From the NCBI GenBank assembly GCA_027604505.1, contig JADIIX010000014.1:124001-188000 (forward strand): 64,000 nt of DNA, given 5' to 3'. The notes under the pieces were generated by a model, which worked only from the letters and a program-made list of their open reading frames with translations, was not told the DNA's origin and did not search any database. Positions 12,610-26,098 of the stretch are shown here, in pieces (positions within the stretch are counted from its first letter, which is position 1; each line of letters opens with the position of its first letter). The position numbers and the translations under genes are program-made. This DNA comes from Gonapodya sp. JEL0774 (Eukaryota).

Positions 12610-15011
12610 TTATTTGTGATACCGTGTGTAAAAATCAGCAAACATGTCCCTACAAGGCACCCTTGCCCCCAGCTTGCCGCACAGCAAGAATGCTCCCGAG
12701 AGTTTTCTGTGCAAAGAGTATGTCTCCTCTGGTGGTGGAGTGAGCCGATATCGCAACATTGTGGGGATGTTCCCCTTGACTTCCTGTGTGACGTCTTGGT
12801 TACCAAAATCAAAAATCTGAGGACCGTCTTGCCGGAAGGGGCGACCAAGCTGGAGGACAGTATCAATATGGGCATTGAGCATTACCTAGCAGTACGTTGA
12901 GGGTGTGAGTGGTCACATAAACACAAACTCAGTGCTCCCATCAAAAACAACACGAAGTTTCACCTCAGTCTCCAGCCCCGTCAAAAATCCCAACTCCTTG
13001 GACCAATAGGCAATTTTGGCTCGATCTTGCATAGCAGCAGCTTGCAAAACTTCAAGATAGCCGTCAGTAAACTTTTCACTGAACGTTCTTGCGGCGCCGA
13101 AGTCAACGAGGTAAACCTGCAACAGTGCACATGCAGGTATGTCAGAATCAAACGAGTGTATCAACACCAGTCCTTCGGAAGTACAGGGCAGCGCGGCAAA
13201 TCACCGTTTCTGAAGCGTCGTCGTAGAGGAAATTTGACCAGTTTGGGTCGGTCTGCATGAAGCGATAAGTGAACAATTCGCGGAGACAAAGTTCAAGCAT
13301 CCGGATGCCAATCTGTGGACAGTTTGTTAGCAACGGGATCACTCAGCTGGTATATGACAATAATGTCGGAAAGATATGTCTGAAAGACACACGGACTTAC
13401 CCTGTCACGTGTCTGCTGGTCCACTTCGGCCAACTTGTGTACCGGTACACCCGGCACAAACTCGCTAATCAAGACGCGCTTAGTTGAATGCTTTCTAAAA
13501 GTCTTTGGCACTTTGAAATGCTTGTCCTCTCTCAGCAACTCTGCAAACTTGTCCATGTTATCTGCTTCTCGTTCATAGTCGACTTCCCAAGCCAGCTCTT
13601 TCCTCGCCACTGCAATGCTCTTGTCAAGATAGAGTCCTCGCGGTAACAAGTTACCCAGCAAAAGCAACGATTTTAAACTGTCCAAGTCACTGTCAATAGA
13701 CTCAGCAACACCGGGGTACTGGACTTTGACAGCTACGGTTTGTCCGGAGAGAAGCACAGCGCGGTGGACTTGACCCATAGAGGCAGCTGCAAATGGAGTC
13801 AAGGAGAAGGAGGCAAACTTGGATTGCCAAGAGTCGCCTAGTTCCGATCTCATCACTTGCTGAGTCAAGTTATGGTCCATGAAGGTGACAAGTAAGTCTC
13901 ACTTAATAGTGTCAACATGCTGGATACTGTCTATTCCGCACCTGCAGTTGTGACTCGGGCATGAAATTTGCGGCGTTCTGCACGCGAAGTAGGATAGCCT
14001 CTACTTCTGGTGGCAGCATGACATTATCTGAAAGACAGAGAGGGTGTCGGGTACTCCATTCAATGAAATGAAACACCAAGAGCATCCAATCATCCTGTGG
14101 TCACCTTGAATACTGAACATCTGTCCCAGCTTCAGAGCGGCGCCCCGCATGCGGGAGAGCCGCTTCACCACACGCTCCACATTTTGAGGACTCATCAGTA
14201 CATTTGGAGCTGATTTCAAAATGGGTGCAAAAACTTTTGAACTTCGAATCCCTTGACCTCGCAGAGAATGATACGTGGTACCCACTACTGGATCCGGCAC
14301 CCACTGTCCGACGGACAGCCTCTGCAGCGCCACCCATAGCTACACCAGCAAATAAATCTAAAGATTGTAGTCGGGATTGTGATACTCCAGTCATGGGCAT
14401 CCCGTAATGTGGACCCACTTCCATAATGCCAAAGTCTGGATATCCGGGAACCCGGCACTCGTGCGGGGGTCATCTCGGCCTAAAAACCGTCATATAAGTA
14501 AGAATCGCTACAGGTTCACATTAAATCCCGAGGATAAACTCACTTGCTCTTGCAAGTATAGCGAACTCATTCCGGTAGCAGTTGCCCTCTTCTCATTAAC
14601 ATTGGCCTGAACCTCCTTTGGCGCGTCCTCAGAATGATCATTAGTTTCCAGTGTTCGTTTTTCATCAAAATTCATGGAGGTATGTGTCCATCTCTGAGGT
14701 GCATCTGTCGTCGTCTGGGGGGGATCTGATATCGTAACTTCTCGAGCGTCCATGCTTTCCCCCCCGCCGTCCACAGACCGTACAGGCACTTCTGTTCGCA
14801 AATCGCTTTTCTGGCTTCCTCCATCGCCCCCTTCTTTGGACCCAAAGTCCACTCGTGTCTGAAAAGCTTGTGGACCGAAGTGCGATACGATCTCGGATCG
14901 AACGCTGGATGTCCGCCAGAGAAATGCCGCCTCCGCAGCAGATATCGACACTGCACGTTCGAGGATGCGCTGGGATGCAATTGCGAGATTAATCAACTCA
15001 GTGGGACGCAT
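12610..15011 (-). CDS. COQ8: Mitochondrial atypical kinase COQ8/ABC1 (UbiB family), multi-exon
   Basis: [107 protein letters not shown]. Confidence 0.96.
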
Positions 15012-15365
15012 TTGAGCGTCGCAGCTGAGTGAAGTGACGTGTTGTGCAAAGTTCCGATCAGTGGGGTTTGCTCAAACCAAAGTACGTACTGTTCTTTATT
15101 TTCTGAGAAAAGCGACTGAAGGGCGAATCCAAAAAAATATGGCAGCTGCCGACGGACATTCCAACGAAGTGTGGTGCGAGCAGTTGCAGGTACCGTGTAT
15201 TACATCAGTGACAGCAAGTCATTCAATCATCTTTAGTTCCTTCCGAATATACTTAATTGTTTCATCACAAACCACAGATATTAAACGTGTTCCATCACTG
15301 CCCGGCACGCATTCCGTGTGGGGCAGATACAGAGAGTGGTCACTGGATCCATCGGCCGGCCGATG

Positions 15366-18300
15366 TCACGATCGTGTGCTGCTGGTTAAAGTAATAATAA
15401 ATCTGCAGGAAAAATAGGACCAGAGTCACGCTTTGGGCAGACGATTTACGTGAGCATGCAACAGCGGTATAGGTACTCACGATATCTTCCCACAAATCTC
15501 CACTGCGAAGAGTTTCGAATAGTTTTTAATTCGAATTAATCCTTCATGGTAGGCAATACGAGATGCACTCCATCTTGTAACTCCGTACTCACCAGCCTCC
15601 TGTGCTGAACCCGCCTCCAATTCAATCACTCTGGTCTCCTTTTCCTTCGAGCCTTGCCCACCTCCGGATACCCCACCCCCAGATTGCTGCTTCTGTTCAC
15701 TGCCGCGAAAGACAGTAATGCGGAAGGTTGCAGAAGTGGGAGCGAGCTGGCGACAGGAAAGGACCGAAGAAAAATGATACGAGGACTGAGCACAAACGTA
15801 AGATAAGAGAGCCGGATGCGTTGGTGGCAGCAGGAGAACATGAAAAGAGATCTTCAGCATCACTTCCGCCGTACGTCCATGACGAGTACCATCCTCCACT
15901 CATGTCAATACGCACCATTTTCCCCGTCCCAAACACTCCTCCTCCCTCCACAGGAGTGACGTGCAGGTGGTCTCCATCGAGGGTTAGTAGACGACCAGAT
16001 CGGCCAAGGAGTGTTCGGTGGTGTACGAGATATTGCTATAAAGTAGATCGTGAGAGTGAGCAAGCGCGACGAAGTGTTTGAACGACACGTTCTCGCATCA
16101 TCGACCCCTCCACTGCTGATAGTAACCTTATACACTCCTGCGAACTCCTCCGCCATAATAGGCCTCTCGGTTGTAGAAACCGGCTGCACTTCATCAGGGG
16201 GCCGAAGAAAAATATCACCGGCTGTTTGAGCGGTGGCGTGAGCTCGCTTCATCGTCATTCGGTGCCCCCCGAGTCGCTGACTCACCTCCGCCTCTGTCCC
16301 GTTTCAGCACACAGAACTCCCGTTCCTCACTCTCGTCAATTCTCTTCTCCTTCGCCACATCTGTCTTGGTATCCGACATCTTGAACACGTACTGCTTCTC
16401 GTCGTACTTTCTCTTCCTACAGACGGCGAGAAACACGTCGCCCAAGGTTGTCGACCGGTGGAAGGGAAGTGTGGTCGTTTGCTTGACTTCGAGGGTACTA
16501 TACAAGTGAATCTTGAGAAAAACGAGATCGTTGCCGCCGCCAGAGGGACTTGGATTAGGGCCGGCCGGATTGGCAGTCGAACCGACCGGGAGAGGGGGTG
16601 CTGAGCTGCTGGGGGAAGTGGGGGCAGAGTTGGAAACGGAGCGCGTTGTAGGTCGGCGGGCAGCGAGTGCGGCAACTTCCCAAGCGCAGAATGGACGGTG
16701 AAGTGACGGAGGGTGCGAATTGGGCAGAGAGCGATAGTGCATCAAGATAATGACAAACATCGAGAGTAACAAATTAGAACGCTCACGTTTATCATCGCTT
16801 ACAGGTATGAGCGCAAATTGATCAAATGAAAACTTATGTATCTGACGATTCCGGTCCAGCGCTACGCGAGAGAAGGTGAGTCATTTTATGTGATTCACTA
16901 ACAGGGGGGGATCGAAGAAGCAAGCTCTACCAAGTCCACCACCATTAGCAAGTGAACCTTTTCACGTTCTTCGTCTGGCTGCGAAACTGTTTCCCACCAC
17001 ACCAAAGAAGCCATGGTCCAACCGCGAACACTCACCAGGAAAATCTTCATCAACTTCGCCGCCATCTTCGACAATCCTCATCTCCCACGCTTCCGTGCCC
17101 CAAAATATACTTTCGTAGTCCATTTCCCCCTCGGCCCCTCCCCCCAAACCCTTCCACTCTCCGAGCTTTGGCGTCCTCTTTTCCTCACAATACACGAACA
17201 AAGCGTATCCCATTGCCTGCTCCACGGTTGCAGAGCGGTCGAGTACAAGTGTGAGGGCATGCGGAGGGTGGGTGGTGGGGACGAAGACGAGCAGGGTGAG
17301 GGGTGTTGGAGAGCCCAGGCCAGACTGTGGTTGAAATTACCAAGGAAAGTATGAGCTTGTGACATGTGCGGACAAGAGTAGCCCACAAGTACAAAACTGT
17401 TGCAACGCCCAAGGATGCCGTGGCACTGAGTGCTGAGCAGCAAACAACCGCCGTGACTCGCACGTCTCAAGAAGTGCATTTGATCCGTCATTACCACTGT
17501 TATCTCATTTTCTCGTTGCAACCAGTTTGCAACCAGTATGCCCCCTCATAATGACTCACCCATTTCGAATATTCCGCGAACGGATTCTCCTCACCTCCAC
17601 TCTCGTGAATCAACGCTGACAACGCTGAAGGTCGCGAAGGACTAGCACCAGACGGCGCAGTCGCGCTTGTAGCGGCAGACCGCGAGTTCGGAGAGCGAGT
17701 TTGAGGTGACGTGATAGTACCGGGTGAGAGTGACTTTGTAGGAGAACGGGGTGGAGGGGTAATTTTCCGAAAGAGGGGGGACGGGGCCGCTCTGGAAGGG
17801 AAAGTCAGAATAGACAGCAGCAAGATCCCGGTAAAGATAGAAGTGACTCCCGGAGGAGAAGGAACCGAAACTTCGCTTCCGCCTTCCACCTCACATCAAC
17901 GGGTGATTTGGGTTGAGGAAGATGGCTCCCTGTCTCGTATCCATCGACGCAAACATGTCCCTTCCTAAATTTTCGCGGCCCACGTGGGTCCTCTTTACTC
18001 ACGTCGTGGGGAATCCATCATCCCAGCGTGTGACATCGCCATTGGCACTGTTTGCTGTCGTTGACGTTTCCTGTGCACCATAGCCTGTCATGACACCGTT
18101 CTGAGCAGAACGGTTATGAGGTGCTGGTCCAGTAGTATCGATGGGAGGCCCATTAGAGACTGGGGGAAGGAGGTTCGACGAGTCGGTCGACAGAGAGGAT
18201 TCCTGTCCGACAGCTGACGGTGGGGCAAGAGCCTGAGAAGGAGCCGGAAGGGGTTGAGCGTCGGGTATTGACGGAGTGGGCGCTTGCGGGGTGGCAGGAG

Positions 18301-18952
18301 AAGTACGGAGAGAGGGTGAGGATAGACTCGTAGGTGCGAGAGCAGGTGATAAGTCGATGGTTGGTGGTCGGGCGAGTGTAGCTTCCCGGGAGGATAAACC
18401 AGGGAGTACAACGTCAATTTGGGGCGAGAATAGGGTTTGCGTATCGGATGGTGGCGGGCGCGGCATTGTTGAAGGGTTTGCAGGTCGTGCAGAGACCTGA
18501 GGCTCGTGGCCCACCACAGATGTGCCTGCAGCTCGTGGAGATGGTCTGGTTGGTGCCGATGCGGCTGCAGTTGAAGGAAATCTGGAATGGTCTCCAGTTG
18601 GAGGCTGCCCAGCGTTCGAAGGTACGCTCTGTCGTGACCTTCTCCGTGCAGCAGCTGCGTTTCTCCCCAGAGCCGCCCTGTATCCGATTGCACCATCCAC
18701 CATAACCCCAAGTCCAGCAGCCATGCCCACGGGCGGTGAAGAGGACTGGGCATTCCTCACCGCCGTCGGTAGCTGAGCGTACACCGGTGCTGCCGCCCGC
18801 ACGTACTCGTTCTCTGATGCCTGAGCAGTTTTCAAATCTCTCAGCTCTGCTGGCACCGTCACCACCCGCCCGGCCGTGCTCGAATCGTGTCCGCGAAGAA
18901 GAGCTAGGCGCATCCGTAGAATCGCGTACTCGGGGTCCACGAGAAGCGACAT
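15366..18952 (-). CDS. SIN1: TORC2 subunit SIN1/AVO1, multi-exon
   Basis: N-terminus MSLLVDPEYAILRMRLALLR; CRIM region SALSALI...ENPFAEYSK, WEMRIVEDGGEVDEDFP; RBD-like FLKIHLYSTLEV; C-terminal PH with VRHRTLLGRSGRLLTLDGDHLHV and TFRITVFR..IELEA. Confidence 0.85.
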
Positions 18953-19952
18953 GGCCGCGCCCTTTTCAATCACACGGCGTTCTCTTCTCGCGCAACGTTT
19001 TGCAGCTCGAATTTAATTAATTTTGGGTTGCGACGTAATTCTGATTCAAGTCAGCTCGAAAGGGGGCCAGATTCTTCCTCTGAACCGGGGAGACACCAAT
19101 ATTATATACTAACAATCGCCACGGCCGGACAACTGATGAAGCCGTAAGAACGGCTCTTCGTGCATTCTCAAACTTCTATGTCTGTGCTGGCCGGGGTATC
19201 CACCTTGCTCACTTCGAAGCTGAAGGAAGGTAATAAAATCACATATGCTTTCCTGCCTCGAGGTGTGTTCTTATCCTGTATTTTCTGTTATCCTGGCCTT
19301 CATGTGTCAGTCTTCGTGTGTCAGTGTTCTATGCTGTAGTGGCGTGCCGTTCAAACGGAGTCGAAAGGTACCACCATCACAAACGGCACTCTAATATTTG
19401 ACGTCGTCCCAGGCACAAACACACCATTGCATAGCGAGAACGTAAAGTTCATTCTTATGACCCACGACGGTGAACTCTCATACTGATCCTTTTTATCCAG
19501 TACAATGTTGCTGAACTCCGCAACGTACTCATGATGTGGACTTCAAGCAACAGAAGGAGCTTCGGCACTCAATTCCGAAAGAAAATATCTTCTTGTCAAG
19601 CGCCAGGCTCAGTCATTAAACGCTTTACAAAGGGGTTTGTTCCCTACGTTATGCTCTTTACAAAAGCTAATTCAACACAATCTATTCGCCACCCATCCCT
19701 CCCTACGAAAAATGGCAAAACCGTTCAGATGTTTAAGACAATGTGTCAATCCGGTCAGACGAGTCTAGTGTAATAAGAATCCCCGAATGTTGCTTCGTCA
19801 TCAACAGCAGACTACTGTTGTCCCTCCAAAAAGCGGAAGAAAAATTCCAATTTACAGATACCAGGACTCCGAACCATTACCAAGTTGGCACGATGTTGGT
19901 GTTCCGTTAAATGTCCAATATTATGAGTGTCCCGGCACAAATCGACGAGAGT

Positions 19953-21143
19953 TCAAGGGCACCATCGTCCTGAGCGCTTCTGGGCCATCCGGGCAGGAGA
20001 GGTTGGTTTCCAGTCGCTTTCACAGAGGAACATATTCCGTGCCTCCTGTTTACTCTCCTCGTAGAAGAGCGGGTGTTGAGCCCAAAATGATTTGAGCGGG
20101 ATCTGCTTGATGAGGAAATCGAATTTGTCGTCGATAGGGAAGGGCAAATTCTCCTGAGCGCCATAGTCCATTACTTTCTGGGCGCAGGCTTTAGAGATGA
20201 GAACGGCATTGTAGCACCGGGCTCTGGGCATGGCGGCGAGATTGGGGGAAACCAGGTACTCCTGCTTCATCTCCTTGGTTTCCAATCCGTGGCATGTGCC
20301 AAGATACACCATGTCCCAGTCCGGCGCCACGGACTCGAGTTGTCTCATGATTGATGCCAGCTTTCGACGAAGACCGTGAACCGGCACGGCGTCTGTCTCG
20401 AGATAGAGGGCGTGTGTTCGAGTGGGGTGTGCAATCATCTTCTCAAACACATCGTAGGGTGTAAGACTGGCCAGATCGTGAGGAGTAAAGGTATCCACGT
20501 CGGTGGGTATATCGTCTGTCGTTACGTACTTCTTGATCCAGTCCTTGCGGCGGATCACATCCTCACGCCAACCAAAGTCCACCCACTCATATCGGAAGCC
20601 ATTCCATTCCAAGCGTCTCCTAAAACGCTCCATCAGCGATTTGTTGCTGGGGTTTGCGGCGGCGTACACATATGGTAACCGCCTCTCGTCGACGGGCTCA
20701 GCAATGTCAAAGGGGTATCGATCCAGGGCGGGTAAATCGTAAACATTGCTGGGATGAGCCCCGTTGCGATCGGTGTAGAGATCGCGAAGCACTGAAGGAG
20801 TCCAGATCTCGAGCCCCACCTGAACCATGGCCGATTGATCCATCATTTTGGCCCGTACACACGAGGACTCGAAGAACTCCGTTTCGTCACCGCACATGGC
20901 CAGATACTGGTCCTCGATAAGAGTTTCAGTCGCAGTATGATTTACTTTGCTAAACAGTCCCGCTGAGTGGGGTGGTGCCTGTGGGCGGACGATGGTTAGT
21001 CGCCGGCGTCCACAGCGGATAGACAGACCAGCCGCGCCCACGAGCCCACGTGCCCATGTGAGACTCAAAAACCCACCTGAGATTGAAAGAATATATTGTT
21101 TTGGTCCGCGTAGGACCCGATCACCGAGGTGGTGATGGTCCAT
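19953..21143 (-). CDS. Glycosyltransferase family 25-like protein, apparently single exon (start uncertain; ORF open to 21386)
   Basis: ALYLETDAV, PDWDMVYLGTC, RCYNAVLISKACAQKV, PIDDKF match GT25 motifs (LILEDD, WDxxYLG, AYxISxxGAxKL, PxD); hydrophobic N-terminal stretch. Confidence 0.7.
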   Translation of the reverse strand: MDHHHLGDRVLRGPKQYILSISGGFLSLTWARGLVGAAGLSIRCGRRRLTIVRPQAPPHSAGLFSKVNHTATETLIEDQYLAMCGDETEFFESSCVRAKMMDQSAMVQVGLEIWTPSVLRDLYTDRNGAHPSNVYDLPALDRYPFDIAEPVDERRLPYVYAAANPSNKSLMERFRRRLEWNGFRYEWVDFGWREDVIRRKDWIKKYVTTDDIPTDVDTFTPHDLASLTPYDVFEKMIAHPTRTHALYLETDAVPVHGLRRKLASIMRQLESVAPDWDMVYLGTCHGLETKEMKQEYLVSPNLAAMPRARCYNAVLISKACAQKVMDYGAQENLPFPIDDKFDFLIKQIPLKSFWAQHPLFYEESKQEARNMFLCESDWKPTSPARMAQKRSGRWCP

Positions 21144-22136
21144 GGTGTTCCAAGCAAAAATATCCCAATGACGAAGGCTCCCAAGAGAGATAACCGACTT
21201 ATCCGGGATCCAGTATTTGAGACCTGTTTCTACACGAGTTGAGATACTGGACCAACAGCAAAGGGATAGGAGGAGTGATTCAAGCTCACCAGAGCGGTTT
21301 TCCAGGCCGGATTCGAGTTCGATGGTTCTGCGATCATCTGGGTACGGAACGAGTTGGCGTAGAGTTTTGTAGTTTCGATCCGGCACTGGATGGGCGGGAA
21401 TCGCAAGTGGCCAAGAAATCGATTTTGTGTCTTAAAGAGCTCAAGTGTTATTGAATCGGCGCGATTCGAGTTCTGTTTTGCTCTGTGGTTCACCGATGGA
21501 ATGGAAACCTTCATAAGCAGCTGCGCCACATTTGCCATAATTCGACCACCCGGTGATCCCATTTAGCGGGTGCCCTCATTGAAAAGTCACCGCAGGCGAG
21601 TTTTTCGGAATAGGCATGATGACATGAATTGATTTGAAGTTTTTGGAGAGTCCTGTCGGATGCACGCGGGTGATTGAATTTCCCATAGTGAACTGTCTGA
21701 ATATGGAAAGAATAAATTGACGGTCGTCTCGGGTATGCCGGCGGGTAGAAATTTTCTTCTAGAGAAAGACTTCGCAACTTCCTTGTGTTCTCGATTTGAC
21801 TTTTGTGATCCGGAATGAAATCGGATTTTCCTCCGCGGTTGCGGCCGTTGGATCGGACAGTAATTAACTGTGATCCACAACAAACCACACGTTTAAGTGC
21901 AGATAGAAACTTTCTATCTGCACTTGTATTCCAAGACGATGCTGTTCAATGTGCCGGTGCGGCTTCGTTGGAAAAACCGTTTTCAGCCGTATGAACCTTT
22001 CTGTGGCCTTCTTCCTACTCAGACGATCCCAGCAGCACGGAATGTGCGGGACATCAAACTCACCCAACCTCAGCGAAAAATAACTGGGCAAAGTTGAATC
22101 GCGGATTCCTTCAAACTCTACTAATAAACAACAATA

Positions 22137-25100
22137 TCAATTCCATGTACTCCCTCCATCTTCACTCAAAGAGTCCTGCGACGTGTCTTTGGAATCACGT
22201 GACCCTGAGCCGTGGGAAACGGATCGGGGCTTCCGGTTGAAAAAGCCAGGCACACCGAAGCCCATAAGAACATCTCCTAAGCTGCTGATACTGCCTTTGC
22301 TGCCTCGTCGCCGCCGGTTACGACCTCGTCCCTCGGCCTCGGTGTCGCATCCCGCGGAAGTGCCGTCGGGAACTTTCAAGCTGTCCTCCGAGACAAACTT
22401 GACGTGTATTTGCTCCGTAGATGCCCGTCGCATCTGCTGTTGCGGGTGTGTGGGGAACGGAGACGGGGATGAAAGGAGAGGAGTGGCATCCGAGATGATC
22501 AGAGGTGGTGGTTGTTCTGGGTCGGCATCCTTCTTGGACGTCAACCAGGGAGACGTGGGAGATCGCGCCATGGGTGGGACAGCGCCAAGAATTTTGTTCC
22601 CCGCAGTGCCTTCGTTTTGTGGGCTCGTGCCCCCTCGTTGTACAACAGAGATATCTCGGACAGGTTGCGTTCCGACGATCGACCGAGTCCAAAAGTCATT
22701 AAAGCCACTCTCAACCGTGCGACGCAGGCTCTCTAGGGGAGGGAGGTGTGGGTGCTGCTTCGCCACTTCGTCGTCCGCTCTAACAAAGTTGGGGGGATCG
22801 AGCAGTCATCAGTTCGAGCGGTCCAAACATCGGGGCCAAAAACCACAGCGTCTTGCACAAGCTCACAAAATTTCCCGCCACTTTGGATGTTCCACCATCT
22901 GCGCGGCACCTTCCGGTGAGTTCCCGGTGTGGTTCGTGAACTTGTCGTTGAGAATGTCCCACCACTCCCTCAACCCGTGCTTGTACTTGCGCTGCGCCGC
23001 CACCGTCTTGTAAATGTTTTTGCCCACCTTCTTGTTGTGCTCTCGCTGCTTCTCAAGTGTGATTTGCGGGTGCGGGCTTGCCAAACTCGATGGACTCGCC
23101 GACCTCCCGGGAACAACGGTTTGAAGGTTTCGCTCCATGATAGCGGGGGGGGCTTTGACCTTCTCCTCTGGTGTTTCAGAAGGAATATGTATGTGCGTAA
23201 CGATGGGAACGTGTGGCAGCGGTCTCCCTGTAGTTTGAGGTTGGGTCTGTAACGTCTGCAGGGGTGATATCTGCTGAGGGGGTGATGCTGACTTTGGAGG
23301 GATCGTTGACTGAGGGAATTGCGAAGAAGGGGAGGGAGGTTGCAAGAAGTTGCGTGAGGAGACTGGCGGCGCAGTCTGCAGAGTGTTCCGAGGAGGGAGT
23401 GGTGGTGGTGGTGCCGGCTGTGACGGCGGAGGGGGAGCTGGAGGAGTTTCAACTTTCTCCCACTCCTCATCATCATCTTGCCGTGACGGGGATCTGACGC
23501 CACCACCTCCACTGAGGCTGCGTGGACGTTGCAAGGTGGGTCGAGGAGTGCGTTCGCTGGTGAGCCATGGATGGCGTAGCGCTTGTTCGGCGGATAAGCG
23601 GCGCCGAGGATCCACGACCAAAAGCTTGTGGATGAAATCTCGAGATTCCAAGGATACATAGGACCATATGTCGGATGGGAACACGTATTTGCCCTCTTGG
23701 ATGTGACGGAACATGGTGACTTGGTCGTCGGCACCGAACGGGAAAAAGCCACTCAGTAACAGATATGCTGAAAAGAGAAAAGTTTATTCGAAGGAGGGTT
23801 CCCTTATGGAATCAAAATGCTGATGGCGGTTCACTCACTGACACAACTATCAAACCCAAAATCACCGGAAATGAGAACACCGCAAACAACACGATTAGTG
23901 AACAGACGTAAATCGAGGCTCGTCACGCTCAGAGACAAGTACAGACCCAAGACTCCACAAGTCACATTTGGTATCGTAGCCCTTGTTGGTCAAAACTTCC
24001 GGCGCCATGTACGCGAAGCTCCCGACCTGCGTTTGTAGCATCTTCTTCCCCTGAATCCAGTTCGAGAGCCCACTTGAAGTAGGTAACAGCCCCGTTTTGG
24101 AATGTCATCATTGCAGAAGTTCTCTCCGAAAGTTCTGGGTACTGGTGAACTCACAAGTCGCCAACCTTCACTTCCTTGCCTATCCTTTCGGCCATCGCCT
24201 CGTGCACCCTCCAGTCTTCGTCCTCAGATTCGTCATCGAGATAGTCAACCTAGGTGTTTCCACAGTAAAGTATCGGATTTGGGGGTCTATTACGACATTC
24301 CGACAAATGGCGCACTGGGCTCACCTTATGCTTAAGCAGCACGTTCTCCAGCTTCAGGTCCCGGTGAACGATCCCCTTCGCGTGGAGGTACATAAGCGCT
24401 GAAGCGACGGACTTGACGATACTTCGGCACATCGCTTCGGATATGCCATATCGAGACGAGGACGTGACCAGGTTGAGCAGCTCCCCTCCCTGCGCGTACT
24501 CCAACTGAAGAAAAACCCGCGTGTCCGACTCAAACACCTATTATTCATTCATTGCGGGATGGGTTCAAAGGGTGGAAGTCCGCTTTGTGGAGCTTGTGAG
24601 TAGGCGCCCCTCAAACTCACGTTATACAGCTTCAGGCAGTTTGGGTGGTCCACTTCCTTCATAATCTGCATCAAAAATTTGTAGTTTCATTCAAAAGCTG
24701 AGAATACGGCGGAAGAAGCGTGTCTCACATACCTGAATCTCCCGAATCAGGTAGTCCTTGTCCTTTGGAGACTTGATAGCTTTTTTGCTATTAGACAAGG
24801 CAGGATCATCAATTGATGCCACGGAGTCCTTCACGTAGTTCATCGACTGCAAACCTGATAATTTTCATTGCATAGCTCTCCTTGCTGGTGCCTTCCACCT
24901 CCTTGACCAGTACCACTTCCGCGAACGAGCCTTTGCCCAGAACTTTCCCCCATCTGGCGATAATTACGTTGACAATCGTCGAGCATAAATGAGCAGAGGA
25001 GAGGGATTGAATTTCAATACTCGCTGAACCATGAGGTCTCGTCTCCTCTTCCAACGCTGTGTTAACCTACCTGAACAATGACTGCAAGTCCACAGGCGGC

Positions 25101-26098
25101 TTGGACGGCGTTGGCACAGATGCAGGCGACGAGTTTTCGATTGGATTTGGTGTTGGCGATGGTTGAGTCGCCATGGGCAATAATGCGGAAACTTTGGAGA
25201 GCTGTAAAATCGCTTCAGTGGGGATTCTGCCGGCTCAAGTGGGACCCCTTCGGTGCAACCCAGCAATGCTTGGACGCGTCATTCATGCGCAAAACGTCAA
25301 GTTCTCGAAAGCTCAGCTACTTTGATCAAATTTAATACACAACATGTGATGATGCTGCAACGTATTTTGGTCCGAACCGCACACTGTCGAAAGGCTGCTC
25401 GTCGACTGCATTCTCCGCGCCTGTCTCCACGGTCCCCACTTCAGGTACCGCCTCGCTTCTTCTTAGCTTGCCACTGGATATGACCCCGGCGCCGACCACG
25501 TTCGGATTCGGTGAGTAGTCGATCGGGGCTGGCACGGGGCTGGGCTGAGTCACATCATCGTCGGCATTGGCCAAGCCTGGATCAGGCGTGCCCAGATCAA
25601 ACTTTTGCTTTTGGTCTATTTCTGAAACTGGGCTGGGGCTGGGCCTTGCTGTTGCTTGTCCGTTTGAGCCCTGCGCGGGCTCCATATGGGATCCGCTCGT
25701 GGTCTTCTTACGCATCGATGAGTACCCCAGTGCGGCAAGAAGAACCCAGAGACAGACAACCGCCTTTCCGCATTACGCAGATTTTTGTTCGTGATCGGTG
25801 ACGATGCGTCAGAGTGTGCGGAATGCAGGACCTACGAGAATTGGCTCACCGCGATCCCCAGCCCCATCCTTGCCCTCTTCCTCGTCTTCTCGTCCTCCTG
25901 CCTTCCGTCTATTGACGCCATACTAGCTGCGTTCTCCAGTAATCCCACCTGAGACCTTGTTGTTCCTGTGATCATATTCGCAACCGATATCCGTTCTGCT
26001 GGGTTTCCCACAGTGGACAAAGGCAGATACTTTGTGTTTGAGGGACGGGCTGATTGCGAAGAGAAGTGAGCCATGATGGCTGATTTCTTAGCGTCCAT
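22137..26098 (-). CDS. CAMK-group Ser/Thr protein kinase with long low-complexity N- and C-terminal extensions, multi-exon
   Basis: GKVLGKGSFAEV, YAMK, HPNCLKL, IVHRDLKLENVLL, VKVGDF/GLS, GSFAYMAPE, KCDLWSLG/CV/TYLLLSGFFPF, RRLSAEQALRHPW; start codon tentative. Confidence 0.85.

Noticed and set aside
19133..19165. CTGATGA followed by hairpin agccgt-aaga-acggct, resembling a hammerhead ribozyme core or SECIS
   Set aside because: No GAAA after stem II, no stems I/III, and geometry too short for SECIS.
19500..20095. Short + strand ORFs and a splice-acceptor-like site between SIN1 and the GT25 gene
   Set aside because: No recognisable homology or coherent gene model; partly antisense to the GT25 ORF.
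23645..23662. GTATCCTT (U12-type donor consensus) on the minus strand; similar ATATCCTT near 51717 and 59308
   Set aside because: They fall inside conserved coding sequence or inside an ordinary GT-AG intron, so no minor intron is supported.
22183..23752. Long antisense or alternate-frame ORFs (276 aa, 260 aa) over the CAMK tail, and similar ones over SIN1 and the DFN kinase
   Set aside because: Shadow ORFs of GC-rich low-complexity coding exons.
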